A stretch of 24,000 bases of DNA from Desulfonatronovibrio hydrogenovorans DSM 9292. GTDB lineage: Bacteria > Desulfobacterota > Desulfovibrionia > Desulfovibrionales > Desulfonatronovibrionaceae. Positions 23,830 to 24,000 of the stretch are shown here, piece after piece. Under the pieces are notes generated by a model. It was not told the origin of the DNA, did not search any database, and saw only the letters and a program-made list of their open reading frames with translations. The stretch spans positions 69,616 through 93,615 of the forward strand of contig NZ_JMKT01000016.1 of the NCBI RefSeq assembly GCF_000686525.1, in the 5' to 3' direction. The translations under genes were made by a program, and so were the position numbers. Numbering within the stretch: position 1 is the stretch's first letter; each line of letters starts with the position of its first letter.

Positions 23830-24000
23830 TAACTTGTTGATCCTGGTTTACTGATGCTTATTTGAGATATCAAAAGATCAAGGTCCGCTATCATACTGTC
23901 CATCCAGCCCAGAATAGCTCTTGACCAGCTTATCGGACTCTGGGTGGATCATAAAAAATAGTACCCTAGAACAGGATATCCTGTAAAGATCCAATGTCCA

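Noticed and set aside
23878-24000. A minus-strand frame open to the window edge (...WTLDLYRISCSRVLFFMIHPESDKLVKSYSGLDGQYDSGP*), upstream of cheR.
   Set aside because: Only 40 codons are visible, with no recognisable motif. An open frame of that length is not significant on its own. It may be the 3' end of a che gene, but I cannot support that.
1-24000. A scan of the whole window for CRISPR arrays, IS elements with transposase or integrase genes, phage or defence genes, a mer operon, and tRNA or rRNA genes.
   Set aside because: No periodic direct repeats, terminal inverted repeats with a transposase ORF, or RNA-gene-like conserved structures were seen. The only substantial repeat is the coding paralogy of the two GGDEF domains.

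Overview
All calls come from reading the sequence and ORF track and from remembered family motifs; no database search was run. The window looks like chromosomal DNA of an anaerobic, probably sulfate-reducer-type (deltaproteobacterial) organism, using the standard code, with TGA as a genuine stop. No rRNA, tRNA, CRISPR array, transposase or integrase was seen.

**Layout**
- **1-2.1 kb:** a ChrB_N-domain protein and an MFS transporter.
- **2.2-6.2 kb:** a three-gene redox operon. It encodes a Tat-exported FdnH/HybA-like 4x[4Fe-4S] protein, an FdnI-like dihaem cytochrome b and an 822-aa MtrC/OmcA-type decahaem cytochrome c. There is no molybdopterin catalytic subunit and no MtrA/MtrB.
- **6.3-10.4 kb, minus strand:** TauE/SafE exporter, MOT1/SulP-like anion transporter, hgcA, hgcB (the mercury-methylation pair) and a small monohaem cytochrome c.
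- **10.8-23.8 kb:** a dense signalling island.
  - Two tandem paralogous GGDEF cyclases, one Cache-PAS and one REC-PAS-PAS.
  - An M29 aminopeptidase and a CYTH/CyaB-like protein.
  - A REC protein with a degenerate HD-GYP domain.
  - A minus-strand run of cheR, an HDOD protein, cheX, a REC-PAS histidine kinase and a REC-HDOD protein.

**Main finding**
The conserved hgcA reading frame continues about 290 nt upstream of its first canonical start. It is interrupted only by one in-frame TGA directly after a Cys codon. A perfect 8-bp GC-rich hairpin lies 15 nt downstream of that TGA, at SECIS-like spacing. This suggests a Cys-Sec (CU) HgcA.

**Second finding**
The Fdn-like quinol module is paired with a decahaem cytochrome instead of a catalytic subunit.
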